Source of the DNA: Octopus bimaculoides
Taxonomy: Eukaryota
Assembly (NCBI RefSeq): GCF_001194135.2
Contig: NC_068982.1
Coordinates: 59,676,998-59,740,997 of the forward strand
DNA length: 64,000 nucleotides
Direction: 5' to 3'
This document shows positions 49,880 through 63,547 of this stretch, piece by piece (positions within the stretch are counted from its first letter, which is position 1; the number at the start of each line of letters is the position of its first letter). The notes under the pieces were generated by a model that saw nothing but the letters and a program-made list of their open reading frames with translations, was not told the origin of the DNA and searched no databases. Both the position numbers and the translations under genes were made by a program.

Positions 49880-50620
49880 ACATCGATTTGAGTTCTTGTT
49901 TTGCAATCATATAGCTTAGGTTCATTCCCATCGTGTAACACTTTGGGCAAGAATTTGACCAATGCTTTGTGAATGAATTTGATAGATGGAAGCCCTTCAT
50001 GTGTGTGTATGTATACATGTGTGTCTGTGTGCATGCATGTGACTATCTGTGTATATATGTGTGTGTGTTTGTGTATCCAGTCTTCGTGCATTTCCTCCAC
50101 CACCACTTGGTGACAGGCATTAGTTTGTTTATGCCCCCATAACTTTAGGAGTTTGGCAAAAGGAGCCGCACTTTTAAAGATAAGTACACTGGAATGTTCT
50201 TCCCAACACCAACCACTTGACAGAGTGTACAGGGTGCTTTTGTTTAGTGATGGTGTCATGATAAAAAATGCACCCAGTACACTCTGTAAAGTGCTTGACA
50301 TTCAGAGGGGCATCCAGCTGTAGAAACCATGTCAAAACAGACAACAGAGCTTAGCATGGCCCTTTAGCTTGCCAGCTCTTGTCAAACTGTATCACCCAAG
50401 CCAGCATGGAAAGCAGACTTTATATGATGATGTGGAGGAGGAGGAGGAGGAGGAGAATGGCAGCATTAGAAAAGGCATTCAGCTTTAGAAACCATGCCAA
50501 AGTAGATAGTAGAGTCTGGCACAGTCTTCTGACTTCTAGGTCCCCATCCAAAATTCCAACCAATACCAGCAGGGAACATGGACATTAAATAATGATGATG
50601 ATGATGATGATGATGGTTGA
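49880..50620 (+). mobile_element. Decayed family A copy followed by two family B fragments
   Basis: ggttcattccc..ttgggcaag; then gcatccagctgtagaaacc..ccagcatggaaagc and a second gtagaaacc-like unit with (gat)n tail. Confidence 0.65.
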
Positions 50621-50994
50621 TTTGATGAACTAAACCCTTCAAGGTAAAGTCATAGCATGGCTACTAGTAGAAACAAGTAAAAGAATAAAAGGATATGATA
50701 ATGGACTGCAGAAATTAATTATTGCACTTAATTAGGTTCGTTGACATTCTGATATCAAATCATGCTCTAGTCAAATATTACCCTTCCACTTTTCAGAGTC
50801 AAGAAAATGTTTCAGTCAAATAATTCTGCCTATACTTTTGAAGGTGTTGCCCCAGCATGGCGACTGTCTAATAAGTGGAACTGGTAAAGTTATAGAATGG
50901 TGTCATAAGAATTGGGAAACTTTGAGACACGAAATGATTCATTTTTAACAGGGGAATTCATGGTTGATAAAACTATAAATAATAGCATTTGAAT

Positions 50995-51210
50995 ATTAGT
51001 TTCAAATTTTGGCACAAGGCCAGCAATTTCAGAGGAAGGAGTAAGTCAATTACATCAACCTCAGTGTTCAACTGGTACTTATTTTATTGACCTCGGAAGG
51101 ATGAAAGGCAAAGTCAAACTCAGCAGAATCTCAACTCAGAAAGTCAAGAAAGACAAAATGCCACTAAGCATCTTGCCTAGCGAGCTAACAATCCTGCCAA
51201 CTCATTGCAT
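50995..51210 (-). mobile_element. SINE family C copy
   Basis: tttcaaattttggcacaaggccagc..aaggatgaaaggcaaagtc..actcagaa. Confidence 0.85.
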
Positions 51211-53328
51211 TATAACATTTTAATATTGGATTAAAAATCTCTTTGGATGGAAAAATTCAAAGCTAACCAGACAATATTGGTTCACATCCTACAGGCAGCC
51301 TTTTGATTTTTTCCAGTGATTTTGAGCCCAATATTAAAATAACATTATTTACAGCTTTATTTACTTCAAGTTCCACCATTAGAAACGATTTAATTGAAAA
51401 GTGTATTTAGAATGAAATTATCCAATTTGTCCTTCCATTTTCCAAAATAGTAATGTGTGATTTCAGAGAGATTTGGCAGTTTCTTTCAGCAGGTCGAATG
51501 ACAGGGAAGTTCCCTTGTTGAGTTAGTTGTACTGGTATTGTATTGTCACTGTTTAGCTTCAGTTGAGTTCTCCAAAGGTGTTCTAACCATGATGATGATG
51601 ATGATATATTATTTAATTTTCCATTCATTAAATGTTTTGGCAGGAACTGAATATCAGCAGATTTTATCATTGTTAGGATTTTTGTGAATCTTGTTTCTGC
51701 AGAAGGAAAATACATTCTAGCATTCTAGTACCAGCTATAACAATAACGAGGACTGTTTCCTATGATATTCCAGTAGAATTGGTTAAAGTAAACAATGTAT
51801 TATTCTGAAAGACAACATGTAAAGGTTCTTGTAGTACTTACAGAAATGTTTTTGTACTATAATGAAGAAAATAGGTTCCCATTATAGAATATTCTTGATA
51901 CCTGCAGAAGCTGAACCAACTATTTTATTGACTGACATAAATTCAAAATCCCATAAGATATAGAAAATTCTTACTTTGGATTGAACCCAGTGAAGGAAAA
52001 TGATAGAAAACATTTAAAGAACTACAAACTCTGTTGACAATAACATTTCCTTCTCTTTGCCAATGGAATACCAAATATAATATTTACCAGAAATATGAGG
52101 AAGTACGACTTGGAATTATGAATACTAAAGGCATTGAGGGTGCACAGGAAAATGAAAAGAGTACAAGCTGAAGAAGCATCTGGGTGTCATTGACATTAGT
52201 AAGAGATACGACTGCTTTGAATAGTCATATAATGCTAATGGTTAACACATGACAGGTAAATGAAGTATGACTTTGGGGTAAGTTAAACTAGAACATAGTT
52301 ACACTTCACAGCTGGAAGGATGTAGGATAGAGTTAGACGAAAATAGGTTTGTGTAGAACCAGAATCAAGCCAATGTATGTTAGCATACAAAAACCGGATT
52401 TTAATTAATGATGCTAGCAACAAGGATGATAATGATGATGACTATAATGCTGCTGCTGTGGATGTTGGTGGTAGTGACAAGGATGGTGATGATATCAATG
52501 ATAATTCAGCAGAAATATGAAGTTGATTATCCTTCTGCTAAACAGTTTATATAAACTAATATATTGTCATGTAAAAGATGTATAAAAAGAAGCCACATCA
52601 TATACACAGTTGCATAACCATAATAGGTGTAGTTATATAAATGAAGTCAATTATTATTTAAATATATAATCGCTTCGAAATTGGTTTAATATTCCATATA
52701 CTTAATTATTACCTAGTAATTCAGATACCAGAAAATTGTTTGAAAATCCTCCCCACCAACTTTAAAAAAAAATTTTTCATTAGCTTCTTTGCAACACAGC
52801 TAATTAATAACTGGTAAGAAGTCATTTTCTCTTTGTGTACATAAGCGTACATGTACATGTGTATAAGTGTGTAAGCATGTATGTACGTGTGTGTGAGAGA
52901 GAGAGAGAGAGAGAGTGTGTGTGTGTGTGTGTGTCTGTCTGCACACTCATGCATGTGTGATGTTATGTAGGTTTATCTCAACATGCAGATATTGGCAAAA
53001 AGGCATAAATTCTTAGAATTCTTTTGAAATTTCAATGTTGATGAACACTTAAAAGGGACAGTGTTATATGCTGATAAGAAGGACATTAAATACAATGCCA
53101 TCATCTGTATGATTAATAATTATGAAATAAAAAGAAACAGCGGATTGTCATACACTTAAATTGTTGTGAAATGTCTCCCTCATCTTCTAGTAAAAATGTT
53201 CAATATTTGATAAAGTCAAGTTGAAAGGTAGGACTAGGTGAGAAGAACTTCTCTATGTTGTAGACTAAATTCTCTGTAGCAGTGTCTACTCTGATACTAA
53301 CCAACAATTAAAAGAATTTCTGCAAGAG

Positions 53329-53370
<42 letters not shown>

Positions 53371-53589
53371 CTTTACAGATGTCTTGTGGTCGAAGACCAT
53401 CATTCATGACTTTTATTACAACCTTGTACTGTTTAACAGGGAATTCTATCAAACAAATTTACTTTATAATGTATCAAAATATGTTGTCCTGAAACAGATT
53501 ATTCAATGCAGTAACTTCACAATTGACATTTTAGGATTTTGATAGTTTAGATTGAAAGACATGTTAAGAAATTCCAATCATCTTAATCA

Positions 53590-54340
53590 ACATCATTTTA
53601 ACAATTATTTTTCCATTCCACCATATGACCGGATGAGTCTGCATTACAACATCACTTCATGCATCTCAATCCTGTGGTGTTTTATCTACGAGGCATATTA
53701 TTCTCAAGCTTGATTTAATTGCATCATCTCAGGTTGACCTCTAGCTATGGGTATCTTCCATCACTAAGTCACAACCCTTTTTCACTATGATGTAATATCC
53801 ACACATATAGGCTGTCTGTTTCTTAAATAAATCAACCAATCGTTTGGATGCTTAGTTGATTTCTCAAATCACTAACAGTCAATATTTCTCACAAGATTAT
53901 AAAGAATATCCAGTGGACCATATTTAACAAATTCCATTTCAATTACCACACATATTTCACATTTAATGCTCATATTTCACAACAGTATATACATGCATAT
54001 TTTAATATGGTGTACGCATAAAGACACTGTTGTGAATAATGATAGGACTTTCACTACATTTCTACTATCATCAACAAGTTACAAACTCTGTATTATGATT
54101 GTATTTGCATAACTTGCTGCATTTTCTGTATATTTATAGAATTTTCCAAAAGTACCTTTACCTTTTGCACACTCATTGCATGAACTAATTATGCAGCATT
54201 AAGTTAGCTCCTTTATGTAGCTCACTACTGTACTTTCATAGCTTGATTGCAAACTGGGAAAAATTTGCTTCTTGGAACTATTGACCTTTTGTGGCTTTTC
54301 ATACAACTGAGCCCATCATCTGGATTATATTGAGCTTTAG
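53590..54340 (-). mobile_element. Heavily decayed RTE-like LINE 3' remnant
   Basis: Minus frames retain RGQP-type C-terminal RTE motifs; many stops. Confidence 0.35.
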
Positions 54341-54403
54341 ATCTTTTGAAAGAAATCCAGTTTGCAAGTATTGACATGTTCCTGCATCTGTAACAGAATG
54401 TTC

Positions 54404-54703
54404 AGTGGAGGCGCAATGGCCCAGTGGTTAGGGCAGCGGACTCGCGGTCATAGGATCGCGGTTTCGATTCCCAGATCAGGCGTTGTGAGTGTTTATTGAG
54501 CAAAAACACATAAAGCTCCCCGAGGCTCTGGCAGGAGATGGTGGCGAACCCTGCTGTACTCTTCCACCACAACTTTCTCTCACTCTTACTTCCTGTTTCT
54601 GTTGTGCCTGTAATTCAAAGGGTCAGCCTTGTCACACTGTGTCATGCTGAATATCCCCGAGAACTACGTTAAGGGTACACATGTCAGTGGAGTGCTCAGC
54701 CAC
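54404..54703 (+). mobile_element. SINE family D copy, tailless, with 12-bp TSD
   Basis: TSD AACAGAATGTTC at 54392-54403 and 54704-54715; intact A and B boxes. Confidence 0.9.
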
Positions 54704-54844
54704 AACAGAATGTTCTAATGTAATCAAGTGATTAACAGAAAGACTTAATAATGTTTATAATAATGCTCTGTTATCTTCACTGTCAACATCTCAAAAGTGA
54801 TGAAACCAGTCCCAAACCATCTCTTTTATCACTTACTAGTTACA

Positions 54845-55085
54845 GACTATGGCCATGCTGGGGCTCCACCTTGAAGAATTACATTTTTTAAAGCCTAGTA
54901 CTCATTCTATCAGTCTCTTTTGCCAAACTGCTAAGTCATGGGGACATAAACACACCAACACCAGTTGTCAAGTGGTGAACGGGGGACAAACACAGACACA
55001 AAGACACACACATATATATATATGCATGTATGTATGACAGGCTTCTTTCAGTTTTTGTCTACCAAATCCACTCACAAGGATTTGG
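54845..55085 (-). mobile_element. SINE family A copy
   Basis: ggccatgctggg..tattctatcagtctcttttgcc..accaaatccactcacaagg. Confidence 0.8.
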
Positions 55086-55354
55086 TGATGCATTGCATTT
55101 TTGAGTAAAGCACTTCATTTCATGTCTCTCCAATCCACTGAGCTGGTAAGAATGAGTAAACCTGCAATGGACTGGCTTCCCTTCCAGTGGGGAATATATA
55201 CACCCCTGAAACCAGGAAACTAGCCCTATGTGTATATAAGATTAGGAAAGGAGCTTTGTCCTTTTTTGTTTTATCCATTTTAAAGTTAGAGATAAAAGCT
55301 GCACCAGCAAGGACTGCAGCAAAAGCAAAAGCCATGGCAATATTAACAGTAGGA

Positions 55355-55505
55355 AATTGGTGGCAAGCTGCCAGAGATGTTAACAGGTCAGGCAAAATGC
55401 TTGGTGGTATTTCATCCATATTTATGTTCTGAGTTCAAATTCTGCCAAGGTCGACTTTGCTTTTCATCCCATCCAGGATCAATAAAATAGGTACCAGTTG
55501 AATAC
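55355..55505 (+). mobile_element. SINE family C partial copy
   Basis: gttctgagttcaaattctgccaaggtcgactttgc. Confidence 0.75.
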
Positions 55506-55776
55506 NNNNNNNNNNACAGGCTTCTTTCAGTTTTTGTCTACCAAATCCACTCACAAGGATTTGGTGATGCATTGCATTTTTGAGTAAAGCACTTCATTTC
55601 ATGTCTCTCCAATCCACTGAGCTGGTAAGAATGAGTAAACCTGCAATGGACTGGCTTCCCTTCCAGTGGGGAATATATACACCCCTGAAACCAGGAAACT
55701 AGCCCTATGTGTATATAAGATTAGGAAAGGAGCTTTGTCCTTTTTTGTTTTATCCATTTTAAAGTTNNNNNNNNNN

Positions 55777-56105
55777 TCTTCTACTATAGCCTTGGGCCAA
55801 CCAAAGCCTTGTGAGTGGATTTGGTAGACGGAAACTGAAAGAAGCCCGTCGTATCTATGTATATGTATATATATATATATGTATGTGTGTGTATATGTTT
55901 GTGTGCCTGTATTTGTTCCCCAACATCGCTTGACAACCGATGCTGGTGTGTTTATGTCCCCGTAACTTAGCGGTTCGGCAAAAGAAACCGATAGAATAAC
56001 TACTGGGCTTCCAAAGAATAACTCCTGGGGTCGATTTGCTCGACTAAAGGCGGTGCTGTGCTCCAGCATGGCCACAGTCAAATGACTGAAACAAGTAAAA
56101 GAGTA
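55777..56105 (+). mobile_element. SINE family A 3' two-thirds
   Basis: tcttctactatagccttgggcc..gtccccgtaacttagcggttcggc..ccagcatggccacagtcaaatgactgaaacaagtaaaagag. Confidence 0.9.
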
Positions 56106-56217
56106 AAAGAGAGAGAGTAGCAAACACCACGACAGCAACAACAACATCATCATTATTTGTCACACCAGACGCAATACCAACATTGTCAGTATCAGTAACA
56201 CCACTAGCACCACCACC

Positions 56218-56249
<32 letters not shown>

Positions 56250-56569
56250 CAACAACAACAGTGCTGCAGAAATATGAAAACAAAAGCGAATAATAAACAA
56301 AAGCGAATAATAAACAAAAGCAACGCAAGCATCCTAAACCTAAAATATCATCAACAAGATGAAGCAGAAAACTTGTTAGCAAGAGAGGGGACAGAATAGT
56401 GAGCCTGAAATGCCAGGTGTCGCCAGTGTGGCTGTCCTGATAAATGTCCCCATCCTAGTGATGACCACAACATTGAATATAGAGTTAAATATTTAAGAGA
56501 TTATCTGTTCAAGTGTTAATTGGAAGTCATGAATAATTAATTTGACAATAGCTAACATCTGAGGTTTGA

Positions 56570-56628
56570 TTTGTGTGTGTGTGTGCATGCGCATATGTGT
56601 GTGTGTGTGTGTGTGCGTGCGCATATGT

Positions 56629-56672
<44 letters not shown>

Positions 56673-56980
56673 ATGTGTGTGTGTGTGTGTGTGTGTGTGT
56701 TGATGCATGTGGCTGCATTATGTGTGAGCGTATATGTCTATTTGTATGTATATGCGTGCATGCATCAATTTCTGTTTGTACTTCTGTTTCCACACAGAAA
56801 TAGCATATGAATGCTGCAGTATGTGTGTGTATGTACATGTGCATATATGAATGCATGTGTGTATGTACAAGATATGTGAATATATGGGGATGTGTTTGTA
56901 TGTATATGAGGTTTATATAACATATTATTAGTTGTGTACACACCTATCAGTATTACTGTGTATGTATTTATAAGTAAATA

Positions 56981-57027
<47 letters not shown>

Positions 57028-57656
57028 NNNNNNNNNNNNNNNNNNNNNNNNNNNNNNNNNNNNNNNNNNNNNNNNNNNNNNNNNNNNNNNNNNNNNNNNN
57101 NNNNNNNNNNNNNNNNNNNNNNNNNNNNNNNNNNNNNNNNNNNNNNNNNNNNNNNNNNNNNNNNNNNNNNNNNNNNNNNNNNNNNNNNNNNNNNNNNNNN
57201 NNNNNNNNNNNNNNNNNNNNNNNNNNNNNNNNNNNNNNNNNNNNNNNNNNNNNNNNNNNNNNNNNNNNNNNNNNNNNNNNNNNNNNNNNNNNNNNNNNNN
57301 NNNNNNNNNNNNNNNNNNNNNNNNNNNNNNNNNNNNNNNNNNNNNNNNNNNNNNNNNNNNNNNNNNNNNNNNNNNNNNNNNNNNNNNNNNNNNNNNNNNN
57401 NNNNNNNNNNNNNNNNNNNNNNNNNNNNNNNNNNNNNNNNNNNNNNNNNNNNNNNNNNNNNNNNNNNNNNNNNNNNNNNNNNNNNNNNNNNNNNNNNNNN
57501 NNNNNNNNNNNNNNNNNNNNNNNNNNNNNNNNNNNNNNNNNNNNNNNNNNNNNNNNNNNNNNNNNNNNNNNNNNNNNNNNNNNNNNNNNNNNNNNNNNNN
57601 NNNNNNNNNNNNNNNNNNNNNNNNNNNNNNNNNNNNNNNNNNNNNNNNNNNNNNNN

Positions 57657-57709
<53 letters not shown>

Positions 57710-57830
57710 CATACATATATGTATAAATATATATATACATATAATATATGTATAAATATATGTATGTACACACACACACACATACAGTATGTTATATAGA
57801 TGTGTATATATGTGTATGTATTTGTGTCAG
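56570..57830. repeat. (TG)n/(TA)n microsatellite region around a ~630-N gap
   Basis: Directly visible. Confidence 0.9.
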
Positions 57831-58034
57831 TATTCATGCTTGTGTCTTGCAAAAACAAGCACTTCAACAAACAGAGATTGATAAAAAAAAGAAGAAACTT
57901 AAAGATAAGTGCTGAGGACAATATAATCAACAAAGACTATGAAGAGGGTGCTCCAAGCATGGCTGTAGTTTGATGACTAGAATCAGAAAAGGGCAAGAAA
58001 GAAAGAAAGCCAGCCAATTAGTCAGTCAGTTAGT

Positions 58035-59190
58035 TCGTGGACTAGTTCTGTACTGCTCAATCAAACAGTAACCCATGATTGCATGTACTGTGAGAGCTAG
58101 CAGCGATCTTCATGAGGCAGTGTGCCAAGTGACATTGCTATGTTTACTTCACAAGTCGTTTAATTTGTGTTTTTGTGATCATGTGTATGCTGTAGTTTGC
58201 GATTTTGTCATGGACAGGAAGAAAAAGCCAATGTGAAATTTTCCGTTAAACTTGGGAAGTCTGCAACAGAAACATTCAGCATGCTGAAGGTGGAGTGCTG
58301 GCAGAAACGTTAGCATGCCGGGCGAAATGCTTAGCGGTATTACGTCTGCTGTTATGATCTGAGTTCAGATTCTGCCGAGGTCAACTTTGCCTTTCATCCT
58401 TTCGGTGTCAATAAAATTAAGTACCAGTTACGTACTGGGATCGATGTAATTGATTTAATCCCTTTGTCTGTCCTTGTCTGTCCCCCTCTGTGTTTAGCCC
58501 CTTGTGGGCAATAAAGAAATAAGAAACATTTAGCATGCTTCAGCAAACTTATGGTGATGAGGCAATGGGTTGTACACATTGTTTCAAGTAGTATGGGTAC
58601 TTCAAAAGTGGAAGAATGTCCCTGGAAGATGATGATCAATCTGGAAAACTTGCCATGAGCATCACCCCAGGAAATGTGGCATTGGGCATCAAGAATTTGT
58701 CTCCCAGACCCAGACCACCAATCAAGAGTTCTACTGCAACAGTTTGAAGCATTTGAGGGGGAAAATTCAGCAAAGACGACCGGATCTGTTGAGCATGACG
58801 AATTGGATTCTTCACAATGTCAATGCACCTTGTCTCCAAGCTCTCCTCACTTGTGAGAGTTTTGCCAAAAACAACATGGTATCACATCTGCACCCACCCA
58901 ATTCACCAGATTCAGTACCTGTGAACTTCCATCTCTTCAACAAGATGAAAATGTAGCTCAAAGGTCACTGTTTAACACCATTGTTGAGATCCAGAGTATA
59001 TCGCTGAAGGTCCTTGGTTTACTTCTGGAAAACAACTTCTGGGTCAGATTCCAAAAGTGGCAGGAATGTTGGGACCAGTGCATTGCTGCACAAGGTGACT
59101 ATTTTGAAGGAGATGATGTTAGTACTTAGGTAAATAAGTCATTTTTTATTAAACATAACTAATCCAGGAACCTTTCGATACCACTTCATG
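58035..59190 (+). mobile_element. Decayed, internally deleted mariner element
   Basis: ANVKFSVKLGKSATETFSMLQQTYGDEAM..SLEDD..; LKHLRGKIQQRRPDL..WILHNVNAP..HPPNSPD..FHLFNKMK..CIAAQGDYFEGD; 3' TIR ..tttcgataccacttcatg-TA. Confidence 0.9.
58286..58521 (+). mobile_element. SINE family C copy inserted into the mariner, 18-bp TSD
   Basis: TSD AGAAACATTCAGCATGCT (58268-58285) / AGAAACATTTAGCATGCT (58522-58539); removal restores the transposase frame. Confidence 0.9.
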
Positions 59191-60611
59191 TACTTTATAG
59201 GTACATCATAAAACGGTAAAGAAAGATGATGCCACAACTTTGAATCTCAATTTGTGAACAACAAGGTTAAATTGGTTGTACTATTTTGTGTGTAGAACAG
59301 ATGTATGCTAGGTATGTGCTGCCCATCCATCGAAAATGGCAAATTAATTATAAATATTAACTTTACTCATTTATTTAATCACAAAACTTTTGTTATACCC
59401 CTGCTTGGAATTTGGTGGCATTGGGTGTGGCAGCACACCCAGTACAACAACCGCTGTTTGCCACTAGCGTAGAAGAAGAAAAACACAGTAAACCTCAAAA
59501 TGATTAAAGTTGGAACTTGGTGAGGAAAATTTGCAAAGACCCTTGGTCTACCTCATGGTGAAGTTTGCCTGCCTTTCATTTCTAGCAGAATCTTCTTCCT
59601 CTAGTTCACAGAGTTATTATCTAGAATTATTGTAGAAAAAAATATAAGAGTTAACCATGCCCATGTACTTTCAATTTGTTGAATGTGAGTCCCATCTGTT
59701 ATGAAAACAAACAATTACAGAACAAGTGGTGACTACACTCCTTGTGTACATGCGCAGCATCTTTGGTTACTATGGAAACAGAGTTCTACACAATCAGCTG
59801 TGGAACATGTAGTGCTTCTTTGCTTTAGTTACAAAAGAAACAAACTTCTTCTCCATGGTGATGTCTAAAATACTCACTACTGATTGGCTAAGATACCCAA
59901 ATTCTGCAAATTTTAAAGGCTAATAACTTTTTAATTATGGATTTATAGGAAAAATTAATTTCATTTTCATAATTAGTATATGAAACTTAATCCATATACC
60001 AAATTTGAAAACAACTGGAACAAAATTGTAAACAGAGATGGAAACCACAAAGATCCACATGGTGAATTGTGAAGAGACAGTGGAAGAGCTCAACTGAACC
60101 AATGGTGCTTCTTACATTGATGCTGAGTGGAGGAATCCTAGAAGCTCAATGGTCAGGATCAGCAAGCTCTATCAACAGAGTAACTGCAACACATCCATAC
60201 GCATCCATTGTTGTGCAATCAGGTAATGAAAGATTCACTATAATACAAATTCCCAGTTCAAATTCATAATGAAACTGGATGGTAACAGAAAGTCATGGAA
60301 TCCGTGTATGTAGTACAACTGAAGACAAAGATTGTTCTCAATCCACACTCCATCTCAGAAATATTCTTTTTATTAACTATTCTAAATCTTGTAGTGTTGC
60401 TTACTCATTACGCTTGAACCAGAGTATATATTGTTTGAATAACCCAGCATTTGAACTCACGACCACCAGCTAAACACTTAACACTTGAAAATTATTCCTT
60501 CTATTAACCACTGTAGTACCTGGAGGGGGCTTGAACATTCAGTAGCCAAAATATCGTCACTATATCAATCAGGACGAGAACAATAACCCAAATACACCAG
60601 TGAATAACAAA

Positions 60612-60975
60612 ACTTTCAAATTTGTTGCACAAGGCCAGGAATTTTGAGGTGAAGGAGATAAGCTAATTACATCGACCCCAATACACAGCTAGTATGAACA
60701 CTCTGACAATATGGTTGTTTATAAACTACTGGAACTGATATGGTTACCATTAATGTTTCAATATTCTTTTGGGCCATGTAACTCTACCAGTTCTAATGTC
60801 CAGTTCAATGCTTAAAAGAATTCTATGACAGACCAAAACTAACTCAACTTTGAAAGGGTGAAAGGTGAAAAATAAATTTGGCCTCATTAATATTTGAATT
60901 CAGGACATAAAAATCCAGAAGAAATACCACTAAGCATTACGTCCAAAGTTGCTAACAATTTGACCAGCTCACAAA
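60612..60975 (-). mobile_element. SINE family C copy interrupted by a 158-bp templated insertion
   Basis: SINE 3' part at 60612-60690 and 5' part at 60850-60975 flank non-SINE sequence. Confidence 0.75.
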
Positions 60976-61259
60976 CTTATATCAATGTCTAATAATGATA
61001 ATTTTTCACCTCAAAAACTTAGACAAACTTTATTTCGGTTAGTATTTCATTTGTTTGCTGTATTTTCTTATTCATGTCTTCACTGATTTCAGCTGTTCTG
61101 AGTTGAGCTAGTTTTAGTCTGTCATTGAATTCTTTTAAGCATTGAACTGGACATTAGAATTGGCAGAGTTACATGGCCCAAAAGAATATTGAAACATTAA
61201 TGGTAACCATATCAGTTCCAGTAGTTTATAAACAACCATACTGTCAGAGTGTTCATACT
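60691..61259. repeat. 158-bp inverted duplication (60691-60848 vs 61102-61259)
   Basis: Arms are reverse complements with about 6 mismatches counted by eye. Confidence 0.95.
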
Positions 61260-62167
61260 GGACAGAGTATCTCTCTAGGCTTCATTGAGAACTAAAATGC
61301 AAAAGCAATGACGAAGAAGAAAGTTGAGGAAGCTGATAGAAGAAAGTTGAGAAGTATCAAGAAAAAAAAAAGAGATAAAAAAAAGATTGAAGCAGATCTA
61401 AGGGAATCAATAGAATAGGGATAAAGAAAAGAGGGGAGAAAGAAAAAGACAAAGGATACAAAGAAGATGAAGAAAGTAAATAAGGTGAATGTTTAGGAAT
61501 AACATAAAGAATAGTAAGAATAACAATAATACTACCAATGTCACAATATGTATCAGTATTTGTAGACAAAGCAATGGAGCAATAGTCAAGAAATAATTGG
61601 CTTCATATCAAAGAGGTAAGGGCATCGTCTAAAGAAGGACAGAAAGACAGAAGGAAAATAAGAAGAGAATGGAAGAAAGGACGTAAAATGCATGAGTAGA
61701 AAGTATGGGATTGGTGGGGGGGGAGTGAAGAAAATAAAGACGAAACAGTGAAATAATAAACAACAACAAAAAAAAACAGCAAATACACACACACAAAAGT
61801 AAAATGGAGAAAGCACATGAAGGAAATAGGAAAGAGTTAGAGAATGAGAATGACTGTGAGAATGAGAGAACAAAAAGAGAAAATGGAAAGATTACAGATT
61901 CAAATGTAAGGAGGAAATCGCTCTCTCTATCGCTCCATCTCTATACATGTATATATATATATATATAGAATCACATATATATACATATACACACAATATA
62001 TGAAATACACATATACATATATATATGTATGTATATATATATATATATACACAATATACGAAATACACACATATATATGTATACACAATATACGAAATAC
62101 ACATATATATATATGTATATATAATGTAGATACACAATATACGACTACACATGTACATATATATATA

Positions 62168-62199
<32 letters not shown>

Positions 62200-62539
62200 C
62201 CTGCACACTCATATAGATGTATATGTATATGCATATATACACACTCACACATGCAATATGTATGTGAGTGATAGAGATAGAGTACAAAAGAGGGATAGAG
62301 AACAAAAGAGAACCATAGTGAAGGAAGGAAGGAAGAAAGAATACACACACATACACTTATATATATACACACACACACACCATATTCACACAGAGGAGAG
62401 TGGATAGGTAGGTGTTTGGAAAAGATAAAAAAAAAATACAACAAAAAAGATAGCTGCCACCACCGCAACTGCGATCACCATCACCATCAGCCACACTTGC
62501 CCTCGTGAAGAATTGCGAGGTGAAATTATGATTGCTATC

Positions 62540-62544
62540 TGAGA

Positions 62545-62598
<54 letters not shown>

Positions 62599-63512
62599 AA
62601 GACCTATCTTGCTTTCACACAGTGCAAAAAGGAGACGGTTGCAGTTATAGCTTTGATCTAAGGTGGAACTGTCAAGGCAGAAACAACATGTTGCTCATTT
62701 GGTCTCAAATTGCACGACGAAACAACAAACATTATTTCGTCTCCTCTTCCCGCAACTCCTCCTCCTTCTTTGTCTTCTTCTTCTTCTTCTTCTTCTTCTT
62801 CTTCTTCTTCTTCTTCTTCATCTTCTATTTCCGGCATCAGATGCTTTGCTGTTGTTATGTCGTTAAGCTGTTGTTGTTGTTGTTTTTTTTTTTCGCTTTG
62901 CTTGTTTATGAGTGCATGTGTTACTGTATGCATGTGTGCATCTGCAAGTGCGTGTGTGTGTGTGTGCAAGAGCATCCTCTGTGTGTGTGTGTGTGTGTGT
63001 TTGGTGGCATGGCGTCTCGGTGGGCTGCTTCTTTCTGTCTGTGCAATGATATCCTCCTCCTTGTTGCCGTTGCCATGAATAAATGGCAGGATGCAAAGAT
63101 GAACCAGAGTAATGATGTATAGTGATGGCTACACTATGACAATGGCGAGAATGATGATGATGATGATGATGAACATGGCGATGATGTCACACATTGCAAT
63201 GGAGATGATGATGATGATGATGATGATGATAACAATGTCACCACTGTTGCTGAATGTTACAACACTATTGTTGCTTCTGCTGTTGATGATGACGATGATG
63301 ATAATGATGGCACACATTCCTAAGTTGAAAATGGTGATGATGATGATGAGGATGCTGACAACAATGTCGCTGTTGTTACATAATACAACACTATTGCTGC
63401 TGCTGATGATGATGATGAAGACAGTGGTGATGACCACAATGATGATGATGATGAAGATGGTGGTTGGATGGTNNNNNNNNNNGTTGGATGGTGGTGATGT
63501 CAGTGATGGTTG

Positions 63513-63547
<35 letters not shown>

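Noticed and set aside
51407-51715. 102-aa minus-strand ORF
   Set aside because: Overlaps repeat-derived sequence and a (gat)n run; no recognisable domain.
55037-55766. Apparently identical 251-bp direct duplication (55037-55287 and 55516-55766)
   Set aside because: The second copy is bounded on both sides by 10-N gaps and matches the first exactly; most likely an assembly artefact.
59990-60200. Possible exon
   Set aside because: Fragments resemble a decayed RTE C-terminus (PQRSTW..EWRN), with stops.
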